Part shown: piece by piece, positions 55,187 to 64,000 of the stretch | Layout: each line of letters opens with the position of its first letter | How positions within the stretch are numbered: the first letter of the stretch is position 1 | Origin: a virus | DNA: 64,000 bases | IMG/VR virus record: IMGVR_UViG_3300027747_002377 | Location: 18,373-82,372 of that record | Reading direction: 5' to 3' (one strand) | Notes under the pieces: generated by a model | The model's input: the letters and a program-made list of their open reading frames with translations, nothing else | Told to the model about the DNA's origin: nothing | The model's database searches: none | Program-made: the position numbers and the translations under genes

Positions 55187-58100
55187 TCACCTAGCGCGGG
55201 AGTAGTTGAAGGGTGATTCCGCAAATGCTGCGTAAATGTAGGTGCCACCGCTGCTATTGAAATCTGCGGTGTTATATCTAATTTTAACTCCGTTACTCAG
55301 AAAATCTGCCAAAGCAACGCTTCCTTCTGCCCCCGAATAATTTGGAGACAAATAGTGACTTGCCACGTTGTAGGTATCTCTAACTGAATCCAGTGTTTGC
55401 CAATATTCACCACCGGCATCAGAACGTTTTATCATAAAAAACTTCGGCCTAAATCCGGTATAAATAAACGGCCCATCTGAGCTTCCATTGCCGGTGTAAC
55501 TGCCGAAACTAGAGTACCCGACTACACTGCTGAAAAAATATCCTACATAATTTGCGGATTCATTTCCGTAAGTACCAATCGTTGCGACCGTGGACGTTGG
55601 CGCAGTGTTGTTCCAGTAATTGCCATCAAAACCTGCCTGTGTTGTGAGGTTTAACTGAATGCCGCCGGTTGGTCCGATGCTTGTGTGGTAAACCAGCCAA
55701 TTTCGAGCGTTACTCCGGTCTTTAACAATGAAGAACCGAGGTGCAACACCAAGGCCATGACCAACTGTGGCACTACCAGATCCTGTTCCTGTCCATGTGG
55801 CCACGGAAAACCCCGCAGTTGCATTCGCCCGCACCTGACTAGTGATGCTGCCTTGTGTGTTGGATACGGTTGAGGTACCTGCGTCCCACGCCCAAGCAAC
55901 AACAGAAAGTCCGTTCCCATTAGGACTGCTCCAATTTTGAGGCGCACCGACCGTAAAACCAGCACTATCAAATGAAGCTAAATCATTGCCAGCCGAACTT
56001 GTGTATTCCGCATCCGTTCCGTTAGATCGCATCCCAGCGGCTCTACCTCTAACTGCATCAAATAGAACATGATCATTTGTAGAACTTCTACTTTTGAACC
56101 ATAAAAAGTCGGGGCTAAAATTCAAACTACTTATGGATTGTGTGCTGCCATTGCCCGTATAAAGCACCGCATCCATCACCGTATTAGACTTCGTGACTAA
56201 TGGGGCTGGCAGGTTCTGTGTGCAGAGTGCCTTGAAGCCTGATGGTGCGGTGTAGGCAAATGCGCGTTGGCCGAAGTTGACACTAAATGTAGTGTTATAC
56301 GTCATTGCATATGGGAAATATTGATAGCCAGTGGACGGAGTGACTGATCCTTGTGAGGTATTATTTTTGTAAAAAGTAAGAGTATTTGTGTCGCAATTAT
56401 ATGCTATGCCAATAATATCGCCATTCCCATAACTAGCTTGACCACCTGTCTGAACGCCATTTTTTTCAAAGTTTCCATTTTCAGTGTATATTACGTATGT
56501 TCCCGTACTTTGATCCGTTAAAGTTTTATTAGCGGCAGCTATTCCAGGACCCTGTTGTGCATTGCCGCCAGTAATTGTAACTTCGTAATACCATTTACCG
56601 GTTGCAGGATAAGCAAAAGTAGCGCGAACATTTCTATGTGTGCTTGCAGTATTTGATGCGTCAAGACTGCCGTTTGACAAGGTAAGACTTGAGTTTGCAT
56701 CTAACGGATTCCAGGTGCAGTAATTCCCCCTAACCTCGCCGCCCACGCCGGTGTCGGTCCCGTAATTAGTGGGGGAGTCTACTAAGCTGTCATTGCCTGC
56801 AGCAATCGTTGGATTTGCGGTAGATGATGGAGGGTTAAAGTTGCCGGTGTATTTGGCAACGCCTTTATAAACACGAACATCTTGAAGGTATCCATTAAAA
56901 TCTTCCCCCGTGGTATGTACTGCACGACCAACATAAGTTGTAGCAGCCGGGATTGAATAAGAAGAAGTGCCACTTACAACTGAAACACCGTTAACATAAA
57001 TACTTATTGTACTTCCTGAGCGAACAACAGCAACATGTGTCCACTGTGATGCTTTAATTGCGCCTGACGCAGACAAGGCAACTTGAGAGTTGTTAATGTA
57101 AATTGTTATTTTACTTAGATCGCCGCTTTCCCCTGTTCTAAAATATAATCCGCTGGTATATGAACCAATTGAAAAAATTGCATTGTTATTAGATAATGCC
57201 GAATACATCCACGCTTCAATTGTGAAATCCCCAGGTAGCGCAAAGTCTGTTGTAGGTGTTATGTCAAGGAAATCGCCAGTTCCATCAAATAATCCACTGC
57301 TTCCGTAAAATTTACTCTGTGCTGTACTGGTATTACTATTACCATTTACAGTTACCGTTTTAGCACTACCACTGCCTTTAATTATTGCGCTTTGATCGCC
57401 AAATGATGTCCCGCCGTTGGTGCCATCCATTGGCAAGGCCAGCACAATAGATGCGCTATTTGCATCAGTTCGAGTTCCAGTGCCTTTGACCGTACCGTAA
57501 GTATCAGTAGTATTAAAAACCGGTAATGCACCAGTGGCTGCAGCGACTGAAGTTGGAGCACCCGATGAAACACTAAAATTATTCGGAGTCCAGTTATTAC
57601 TGTTGCCACTAGTGTCCTTCCCTAATGTGCTGGCAGTGTTGCTGGAATTATCAGCGAATTGTAGATAGAAGCCATTTGTTCCATAACTGCCGGTGTATGT
57701 TTTTGGTATGAGTTGCCCAGTAGTGGCATCGGTTTCGGTGAAACTGCTGGGGGTAAGTGCTTGACCGTCGATGAAGTGGATATTGGCTAGATAGCCATTG
57801 AAGTAAACAGTACGATAACCGATTAACGCTGTATTTGCTGTGGTCATACCACTAAAGTCAAATGACGGACTTGGCAAAACACTACTGCTGAAATTAGTTA
57901 AGCGTACATTATTGACATACAATCTCAATCTGTCGGACTGCGTGGCGTTTGTTGTGTCCACAACGGCAACAACATGCATCCAGGCAGATGGATCCCGGTA
58001 CACTGAGCTTGAAATTATATACGCTGCTACTGAACTAGAGTTTCTGCCGTAAAACTCAAGAGAGCCTCCACTCTGATATACAAGCTGAAAATACTTAGAA

Positions 58101-58306
58101 CCACTTGCGGAATTTGCAAACAAATCACCATAGCTACAATTTTTTACCCACCCACTCCAAGTCCAAGTGGTTTCCGACCCATTGGAAGCCCAAGACTTAG
58201 ACAAATATGAACCTGAGCTGGGATCGAAGCGGAGGGATCTACTTACCTGGAAAGCCCCGGCGTCACCGTACATCAACAGCGGATTAGAGCAACCTGGAAC
58301 CGTCAT
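55187..58306 (-). CDS. tail fibre / receptor-binding protein with LamG (concanavalin-like) and SPRY-like domains
   Basis: DFTIEAW..WTHVAVVR..FNGYLQDVR; GKWYYEV..NFGQR; HGLGVAP. Confidence 0.8.
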   Translation of the reverse strand: MTVPGCSNPLLMYGDAGAFQVSRSLRFDPSSGSYLSKSWASNGSETTWTWSGWVKNCSYGDLFANSASGSKYFQLVYQSGGSLEFYGRNSSSVAAYIISSSVYRDPSAWMHVVAVVDTTNATQSDRLRLYVNNVRLTNFSSSVLPSPSFDFSGMTTANTALIGYRTVYFNGYLANIHFIDGQALTPSSFTETDATTGQLIPKTYTGSYGTNGFYLQFADNSSNTASTLGKDTSGNSNNWTPNNFSVSSGAPTSVAAATGALPVFNTTDTYGTVKGTGTRTDANSASIVLALPMDGTNGGTSFGDQSAIIKGSGSAKTVTVNGNSNTSTAQSKFYGSSGLFDGTGDFLDITPTTDFALPGDFTIEAWMYSALSNNNAIFSIGSYTSGLYFRTGESGDLSKITIYINNSQVALSASGAIKASQWTHVAVVRSGSTISIYVNGVSVVSGTSSYSIPAATTYVGRAVHTTGEDFNGYLQDVRVYKGVAKYTGNFNPPSSTANPTIAAGNDSLVDSPTNYGTDTGVGGEVRGNYCTWNPLDANSSLTLSNGSLDASNTASTHRNVRATFAYPATGKWYYEVTITGGNAQQGPGIAAANKTLTDQSTGTYVIYTENGNFEKNGVQTGGQASYGNGDIIGIAYNCDTNTLTFYKNNTSQGSVTPSTGYQYFPYAMTYNTTFSVNFGQRAFAYTAPSGFKALCTQNLPAPLVTKSNTVMDAVLYTGNGSTQSISSLNFSPDFLWFKSRSSTNDHVLFDAVRGRAAGMRSNGTDAEYTSSAGNDLASFDSAGFTVGAPQNWSSPNGNGLSVVAWAWDAGTSTVSNTQGSITSQVRANATAGFSVATWTGTGSGSATVGHGLGVAPRFFIVKDRSNARNWLVYHTSIGPTGGIQLNLTTQAGFDGNYWNNTAPTSTVATIGTYGNESANYVGYFFSSVVGYSSFGSYTGNGSSDGPFIYTGFRPKFFMIKRSDAGGEYWQTLDSVRDTYNVASHYLSPNYSGAEGSVALADFLSNGVKIRYNTADFNSSGGTYIYAAFAESPFNYSRAR

Positions 58307-58308
58307 GT

Positions 58309-59139
58309 TTACTGCTTAAGATCGTTGAGGAGTTGGCAAGCAATGCTTGTACTTGTACGTACAGTATAACCAATTAAGTCGATTGCGTTCGCAGCAGTGC
58401 TAAGGCTTTTTGCAGATTGACCGTTTGGGAAATTCCAGTAACTACCGTAACTCATGGTTCGGCTACCGGTCGCGTCCTGAATTACATATATCAATCCACT
58501 CTGTCCAACCGTCATGTTTGTCGGGTTGGCCAAAGTTCTAGGTGAACCGGTAAGCGTTACTGTGAAATTATTTGCAACGCCAAAGTTTGGAGTAATTGTA
58601 GAGCCGTCTGTCAGTGTTGAAATATTCATTGCAGCTGTACCATTGACATAGATTTTTGTTGCACCAACAGATGCACCTACGACAAAGTTACCGTTTGCAT
58701 CAAAAACCGCACGCTGAACTCCGCCAGTGGTAACGCTAAATTCATTTGAACCGCTACGATAAAACCCAGTAGTTAGGGCATTGTCAAACGTAATACTGGG
58801 TACGCTATTGGAACCATCAGGAAAGCTCGCGCCAACTGCAACAAAATCAGAGCCAGCAAGAACAACACCGAAGAATGCCCAACCGCCAGTTGGTGCAGAT
58901 GCGAAAACAATATTTGTACCTACCAAATTAAATCCGGACGCCCCAGTTGGATCTGGCTTTTGAATTACACCATTAACAGAAATCAAACACTGTTGTGGGT
59001 TAAGCGGGAAAGGTACAGGCGCAACACCAGCAATCCTAAGAGGAAATGTTGTAAGTACACCATTAAAGCTACTGCTAATATTATCAATATTCCGATAACT
59101 AATACCTGGAGTTAATGTTGTGTTACCTATATAGCGCAT
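58309..59139 (-). CDS. tail-associated virion protein
   Basis: ISVNGVIQKP; TLANPTNMTVGQSG..QDATGSRT. Confidence 0.7.
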   Translation of the reverse strand: MRYIGNTTLTPGISYRNIDNISSSFNGVLTTFPLRIAGVAPVPFPLNPQQCLISVNGVIQKPDPTGASGFNLVGTNIVFASAPTGGWAFFGVVLAGSDFVAVGASFPDGSNSVPSITFDNALTTGFYRSGSNEFSVTTGGVQRAVFDANGNFVVGASVGATKIYVNGTAAMNISTLTDGSTITPNFGVANNFTVTLTGSPRTLANPTNMTVGQSGLIYVIQDATGSRTMSYGSYWNFPNGQSAKSLSTAANAIDLIGYTVRTSTSIACQLLNDLKQ

Positions 59140-59147
59140 GACAACAC

Positions 59148-59549
59148 CTACTTGCTTTTTTTCGAGTGCGGACCAGCCGTTGAGGGGGCCTTGGGCCAGC
59201 GAACTTCACTTAATTTTACACCGGCAAACGTTTGTGGAAGGTCACGGAGCTGTTGTCTATAAGATACCCAAGCAGCTTGATCGACTGTAGAACCAGAAGT
59301 AACAGTCCAATCTGTTGACTTGAGCAAGTAATCACGCTTTAGTTTAATATTTTTCCAGGAAGAATCATCAATCAAAAGAATGCGTTCTTCAAAAACACGT
59401 AATTCTAACTCTCTAAGTCTTTCTAAGATGTGATCGATTGTGTCTGAATACTCGACATCCCTTAGTTCTTCTTTACTTTCAAGATCTTCTTTTAAATCCT
59501 GTACTTGTTTGTACAGAATATCAATATCACCAATCGTTGTAAGTCCCAT
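59148..59549 (-). CDS. phage tail assembly chaperone
   Basis: RDYLLKSTDW...W..YRQQLRDLPQ. Confidence 0.7.
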   Translation of the reverse strand: MGLTTIGDIDILYKQVQDLKEDLESKEELRDVEYSDTIDHILERLRELELRVFEERILLIDDSSWKNIKLKRDYLLKSTDWTVTSGSTVDQAAWVSYRQQLRDLPQTFAGVKLSEVRWPKAPSTAGPHSKKSK

Positions 59550-59554
59550 TGTTA

Positions 59555-59899
59555 TTAGGTTTGCTCCAGGTAGTTGACAATGATATCAAGCGCAGAGCCA
59601 GTGTCAGAGCTTGCACGCAAGACATCTGACGAATTCATAATATATTTATTGCCTTGAATCAATTCAAGAGAAGTACCGGCTGGCACAGGGCCGTTTTTTA
59701 GGAGAAAGATTGAGTCACCTGTGGCAGGTACCATGTATACATTAGCGTTTGCACTGCTGCCGGTTTTATTGGCAATAAGCACGCTAAGAAGAACAAGAGT
59801 CGCTGTTCCTCCAGCTGTCACAATATTTGTAGTCGCACTGGAAGTCACGTCTGCTGTTAAAAGGCTGGACTTTGTATTTTTCTTAAAAGTGTTTGCCAT
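59555..59899 (-). CDS. virion structural protein
   Basis: MANTFK...VPAGTSLEL..K..M..SDVL. Confidence 0.7.
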   Translation of the reverse strand: MANTFKKNTKSSLLTADVTSSATTNIVTAGGTATLVLLSVLIANKTGSSANANVYMVPATGDSIFLLKNGPVPAGTSLELIQGNKYIMNSSDVLRASSDTGSALDIIVNYLEQT

Positions 59900-60304
59900 T
59901 TAACTTAGAGCAATGATTAGGGTAAGTGTATCAGATGAGGTGGTAGTACCTGCAACAACTAGACTTCCGTTGACGGTCAAGTTACCAGAGAAGGTTGCGC
60001 TTCCTGACGAATCTATTATAAGCCTTGAAGTACCGTTTGTCACCAGGGCAATCTGACCTTGTCCTGGACTGATGATCCCTGTGTTAGCACTGTTAGCAAA
60101 CTTAAGAGCGCAACTGGTTAAGGAGCCTGGAGAAAGAGCAGAGTTGGTACCGTCTTCTCTTAGAAGCGGAAGCCCACCCAAGGTAAGCGCATCGTGTACT
60201 ACTGTTGTTAGCTTTACTGTGTCAACAGTAACTTCACCAAGAGCACCAATAAATGAGGCTGTTTGGGCTGTAGTACCGCGCCTGAATTGTACTTGAGTTG
60301 CCAT
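59900..60304 (-). CDS. tail protein with Mtd-like N-terminal domain
   Basis: MATQVQFRRGTT...GALGEVTVDT...VVHD...GG. Confidence 0.75.
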   Translation of the reverse strand: MATQVQFRRGTTAQTASFIGALGEVTVDTVKLTTVVHDALTLGGLPLLREDGTNSALSPGSLTSCALKFANSANTGIISPGQGQIALVTNGTSRLIIDSSGSATFSGNLTVNGSLVVAGTTTSSDTLTLIIALS

Positions 60305-60310
60305 GATTTA

Positions 60311-61729
60311 TTATGACACGTTTGTTACTAGTTTAGCCGTAATCCTTGTTGATGATTCGACATAATAAACCAAAACATCAACGGCATTGGCAGTAGTTGT
60401 TGCAGTAGGTGTGCCGCCAGAGAACTTCCAATATGAACCGTATGCAACAGTCCTGGAGCCTGTGCCATCTTGAGTTAGTACAATTGCACCACTCTGTCCA
60501 GCAGTAAGGTTTGATGGGTTAGCAATTGTAGTGTTGGTACCGAGTGTGACGGAGAAATTATTAGCTACAGCAAAATCTGGTGTAATTGTTGATGCACTTG
60601 TTAAAGCACTAACAGTTCCTCTTTGTGCGGCACCGTAGCTTTGTGCAAGGCCAAGAACAGCAACTGTACTTGTAGCGGCTGGCAGCGTTAATGTTCCTGA
60701 TGCAACAGCCGTAGCAACAACTGTTGTTGTTCCAGACGTAGCTCCAGTGAATACGTTACCACCGGTACCAGCTGTTAGTGTTGTTGACGTAAGAGCAGTT
60801 AGTCCGGAAATACTTGTTGCGGTACTACCAAGTGCTACAGCAGTGGAACCGATAGTTACACTGCTATTGGCAAGTTGTGCATTAGGTATTGCGCTTGTTC
60901 CGAGAACACCAGTGCTGCTGTTATAGCTAAGGCCTGAGCCAGCAGCAACACTTATTGCACCCCGTATGTTTGCATCTGTAACTACGCTATAAGTGAAGAC
61001 GCCAGTAGTGTTGCTGTAGCTCAGAGAGCCATAACCGGTGCCGCTTGTACTGGCACTCAGGGATGTCAGTAGGGCAACAGTACCAGTCGCAGCTGGCAAT
61101 GTGATTGTGCCGGATGCAACAGCCGTAGCAACAACTGTTGTTGTTCCAGATGTGGAACCAGTAAATACGTGGCCGCCGGTTCCAGCTGTCAGTGTTGTAG
61201 CTGTCAGTGCGGTTAAACCGGAAATGCTACTGGCAGTAGAACCGAGAGAAACTGAAGTGCTACCAAGTGTTACAGAACTGTTGGCAAGCTGTGAATTTGG
61301 TATTGCACTTGTACTTATAATTCCTGTGCTGCTGCTATAAGTAAGACCTGAGCCAGCACCGACACTTATGGCACCACGGATATTTGCGTCGGTAACTACG
61401 CTGTAAGTGAAGGCACCAGTAGCTGTACTATACGAAAGACTTCCGTAACCAGTTCCGCTATTGGCTGTACTTAGTGAGCCGCGAATGTTTGCGTCTGTGA
61501 CTACAGAAAATGTGAATACACCAGTCGCGCTGCTATAAGCTAAAGAACCGTAACCAGATCCGCTGTTTGCAGCTGAAACAGACGCACGAGCAAGAGCATC
61601 AGTGTAATATTTATTTGTTCCTTCTGCTAGGTCAGTTGTAGTATTCCCTGCAAAATCTAGTTTATCTGTTGGCGTATTTACTTCCTGGAAGTAACCACTA
61701 ATAAGGGCGATTGCTTTACGAGTTGCCAT
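60311..61729 (-). CDS. repetitive S/T/G-rich tail fibre-like protein
   Basis: Repeats of GYGSLSYS..TG.FTYSVVTDANIRG; C-terminal domain shared with 58309..59139. Confidence 0.75.
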   Translation of the reverse strand: MATRKAIALISGYFQEVNTPTDKLDFAGNTTTDLAEGTNKYYTDALARASVSAANSGSGYGSLAYSSATGVFTFSVVTDANIRGSLSTANSGTGYGSLSYSTATGAFTYSVVTDANIRGAISVGAGSGLTYSSSTGIISTSAIPNSQLANSSVTLGSTSVSLGSTASSISGLTALTATTLTAGTGGHVFTGSTSGTTTVVATAVASGTITLPAATGTVALLTSLSASTSGTGYGSLSYSNTTGVFTYSVVTDANIRGAISVAAGSGLSYNSSTGVLGTSAIPNAQLANSSVTIGSTAVALGSTATSISGLTALTSTTLTAGTGGNVFTGATSGTTTVVATAVASGTLTLPAATSTVAVLGLAQSYGAAQRGTVSALTSASTITPDFAVANNFSVTLGTNTTIANPSNLTAGQSGAIVLTQDGTGSRTVAYGSYWKFSGGTPTATTTANAVDVLVYYVESSTRITAKLVTNVS

Positions 61730-61733
61730 GATA

Positions 61734-62261
61734 TTACCTTAATTGAATAGGAAGTTCAGGCCTAACAGCCAATTGTGTAGAAGCCCCTGCTTCTCCAACT
61801 CTTGTTACAAATTGGCCAGCAGTAGAAGGTGGAGTAGCAGTAATTGAGCCTGCAGATGCTGCAGATAAGAAATAAGGTGTTCCTGGACTTAAACCTGACG
61901 TAGCCAAGACACCGCCAACCAGGATGTCAGTTGTAGCGCCAATAAGAGTATTTTCTCGTGTAAATCCTAGTACAGTGGCTTCATCAACTGTTGAGTTGGC
62001 TATTGCTTTAAAAATATTGCCTGTTGGTGCATCAAGGTAGACTGCCTGTCCAGTCGTAATTGCCTCGCCTGTAACGCATCGAACAACAAGCTTACCGCCA
62101 GTCTGGGACGGCAAACCTTCCTTTAGATCAATCAGTGCATCTACCAGGCCCCTGTAGTTAGGTGCGTAAGGCTGACGTGTCATAGTAAGGCCCAGGCCTG
62201 ACATTAAGTCAACGAGAACAGTAATAGCCCCTTCTATATTGGGATCGTATCCTGTTGACAT
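61734..62261 (-). CDS. virion decoration/fibre-like protein
   Basis: GEAITTGQAVY...GLSPGTPYFLS..AG.IT.TPP. Confidence 0.65.
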   Translation of the reverse strand: MSTGYDPNIEGAITVLVDLMSGLGLTMTRQPYAPNYRGLVDALIDLKEGLPSQTGGKLVVRCVTGEAITTGQAVYLDAPTGNIFKAIANSTVDEATVLGFTRENTLIGATTDILVGGVLATSGLSPGTPYFLSAASAGSITATPPSTAGQFVTRVGEAGASTQLAVRPELPIQLR

Positions 62262-62330
62262 AATAATTTTTTTCCTGGTGTTATTCTAAGTTGTTAAATC
62301 CTTTAGAATAGATAGAGGAGCAATAAAACA

Positions 62331-62570
62331 ATGCCAATAGAAACTGTTTTCACAGGGCTTTCTGCTGGCATCGCAGCTTTTGCCGGTCTTTCAAAAGCAC
62401 TTCACAATTCTCAAGAACGTCTTAACAGGCGTTTTGAAAAGATTGAAAACAATCTCGACATACTAGAAGATCGTGTGATCCGAGATTATGTTTTGAAAGA
62501 AGACTTTCTCAGGGAAGTACAGGCCGTACATAGTAAACTTGATCGCATTCTTGATCGAGTAATGCGTTAG
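62331..62570 (+). CDS. small membrane-associated coiled-coil protein (holin-like)
   Basis: N-terminal hydrophobic helix; YVLKEDF..KLDRI; GAGGAG RBS and TAGAAT box. Confidence 0.6.
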   Translation: MPIETVFTGLSAGIAAFAGLSKALHNSQERLNRRFEKIENNLDILEDRVIRDYVLKEDFLREVQAVHSKLDRILDRVMR

Positions 62571-63004
62571 ATTGCGACCCAGCTTGCGCTACTTGTTAGG
62601 TAAATAAATAAACGGGGGATAGCGAAGTCGTAGTGCAGCTGACCGTTTATAGGATTAGATGGTTTTCCTGAACTGACTGACGCCACGGCATTGGTTGCTT
62701 GCCAGGTGCTGCCATCATAGACTTTAAAGATCTTTGTGCTGGCTGTATCGAGCCAGGATTCCCCCTTGGAGAGGGTGGTATAGCCAGTTGGCGTTAGGTT
62801 CGGGGCGGTGCTGCCCACAAAGGTTGGACCAACCTTGATGAGCCCTCTGCCTGATCCTGAGGTGCTATCGGCAAAGTAAAGTCCTGGGTCCCCTGGATTA
62901 TGGTTTAAAGCCATCTCAACACCGTCCGCAAACACGCCAAGTCGTGTTGGGAAGGGGCGATCATAAAGAAGATCGGAGAAGCGGCTGAGTATTTGAACGG
63001 TCAT
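62567..63004 (-). CDS. virion structural protein
   Basis: IKVGP..VG.TAP...GESWLDT. Confidence 0.65.
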   Translation of the reverse strand: MTVQILSRFSDLLYDRPFPTRLGVFADGVEMALNHNPGDPGLYFADSTSGSGRGLIKVGPTFVGSTAPNLTPTGYTTLSKGESWLDTASTKIFKVYDGSTWQATNAVASVSSGKPSNPINGQLHYDFAIPRLFIYLTSSASWVAI

Positions 63005-63006
63005 GG

Positions 63007-63999
63007 TTAAACGTTGATGTAACGACCAGAGGCAACAACAGTATCCTGTTGAACGTATGGATCGTAGGTTGAGCAGTTGATTGTTGTTACTGTAGCCGGA
63101 TCCTCTGTAGGTGCGCCATTGAGGTAGGAGCCGCCCCGTATCAGGCCTGATTCAAACGAAGGTATATAGTTGATCAACGGCTCATCGAGCATAGCAAACT
63201 TAGTACCAAGAATGTATTCCGGTTGAAGGTTTAATAATTTACTAATCATTGAAATCATTCTTTGCGTACTGTTTTGAAGAACACCTTCGTTATCTAACGC
63301 ACCCAGTTGACTACGACGTATTGCGTCAGTCATTAACATTACTAAAAGTTGAGGATCAAAATTTGCAATATCCTGTGGAAGATTCCTAGAACCCGTAACT
63401 TCTTGAGTGCCTACCCATTTTGCGCCTTGTTTTACAATTGCAAGCCGTTCCGCTGCTTTGCGTAGATCTTTATTTTCTTTATCAAATGCAACATAAAATG
63501 TATCTAGATCATCACCAACCGGCTTATCACTGGGCTCCATGAGCCAAGATTTAACGTAATCGTGTTCCCTTAAATTTTCAACAACACAATAGCCACTTGT
63601 ATTATTTGAGAAAGGATACACAATAACAAAACTATTTTTATCAATGACCTGTGTTATGGTGTACTGCCCAGATATAGCGCTTCCGCTCGTGAATGCAAGT
63701 TGCACTTTTGTGTTTGCCAGCAGACCGTGGTTCTCGGCTGTAATTGTAATGTTTACATTGGTTTGAACATATTTTGCATTGATTGCAATTGGAGAATTAC
63801 CTTCATCGTGTTTTAAAGAAAATATTGCTGCATATATATGTTTGCACCAGCGGAGCTGATAGTACATTAAATTTGGGAATGAGGTATCCGTTTTATCTTT
63901 ATAATCTGGTATTTTGTAGAAATTATTAATTGCTATATAACCAAGGTCTCCAAAAACGCCTACACTGTCTCGTTGGTTGGTAATGCTACCATCTTTATT
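63007..63999 (-). CDS. SWIM-finger-containing protein, 5'-truncated by the window edge
   Basis: WCKHIYA; frame stays open upstream of 63867 to the window end. Confidence 0.65.
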   Translation of the reverse strand, partial: NKDGSITNQRDSVGVFGDLGYIAINNFYKIPDYKDKTDTSFPNLMYYQLRWCKHIYAAIFSLKHDEGNSPIAINAKYVQTNVNITITAENHGLLANTKVQLAFTSGSAISGQYTITQVIDKNSFVIVYPFSNNTSGYCVVENLREHDYVKSWLMEPSDKPVGDDLDTFYVAFDKENKDLRKAAERLAIVKQGAKWVGTQEVTGSRNLPQDIANFDPQLLVMLMTDAIRRSQLGALDNEGVLQNSTQRMISMISKLLNLQPEYILGTKFAMLDEPLINYIPSFESGLIRGGSYLNGAPTEDPATVTTINCSTYDPYVQQDTVVASGRYINV

Positions 64000-64000
64000 T

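Noticed and set aside
55187-60304. Diversity-generating retroelement suggested by the Mtd-like domain
   Set aside because: No reverse transcriptase and no template/variable repeat pair seen

Overview
This window looks like most of a cyanophage genome (dsDNA, probably freshwater Synechococcus/Cyanobium host). The host is inferred from two NblA-like genes, Dps, speD and several small protein families typical of cyanophages. The polA/thyX/speD/dps gene set resembles my recollection of S-EIV1-like phages, which is unverified. Layout: (1) 1-4.6 kb, minus-strand low-complexity, probably internal virion proteins. (2) 4.6-5.3 kb, a divergent non-coding junction. (3) 5.3-20 kb, many small plus-strand early genes separated by repeated hairpins and motifs. 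(4) 18-44 kb, nucleotide metabolism, replication and recombination: thyX, intein-containing family A DNA polymerase, dCMP deaminase, SSBs, Gp157-like protein, PD-(D/E)xK exonuclease and primase-helicase, interleaved with single minus-strand genes. (5) 44-64 kb, minus-strand virion and lysis genes: glycosyltransferase-methyltransferase, collagen-like fibre, Dps, HNH, endolysin and tail fibres, plus one plus-strand tRNA-Pro(UGG). I recognised no terminase, major capsid protein, integrase or CRISPR array. The most unusual signals are: a short [FYL]LxxY[VIT] motif shared by seven unrelated minus-strand proteins (candidate head-loading tag); three D-armless tRNA-like T-loop elements, two of them built over stop codons; a 250-bp nested inverted repeat directly upstream of a degenerate tandem His-Me finger protein; two further apparent pseudo-enzymes (Dam-like methyltransferase, lysozyme); two divergent NblA-like genes; and terminator-like hairpins that carry a -10 box in their loop. 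All family calls are by eye from motifs; no database search was run.
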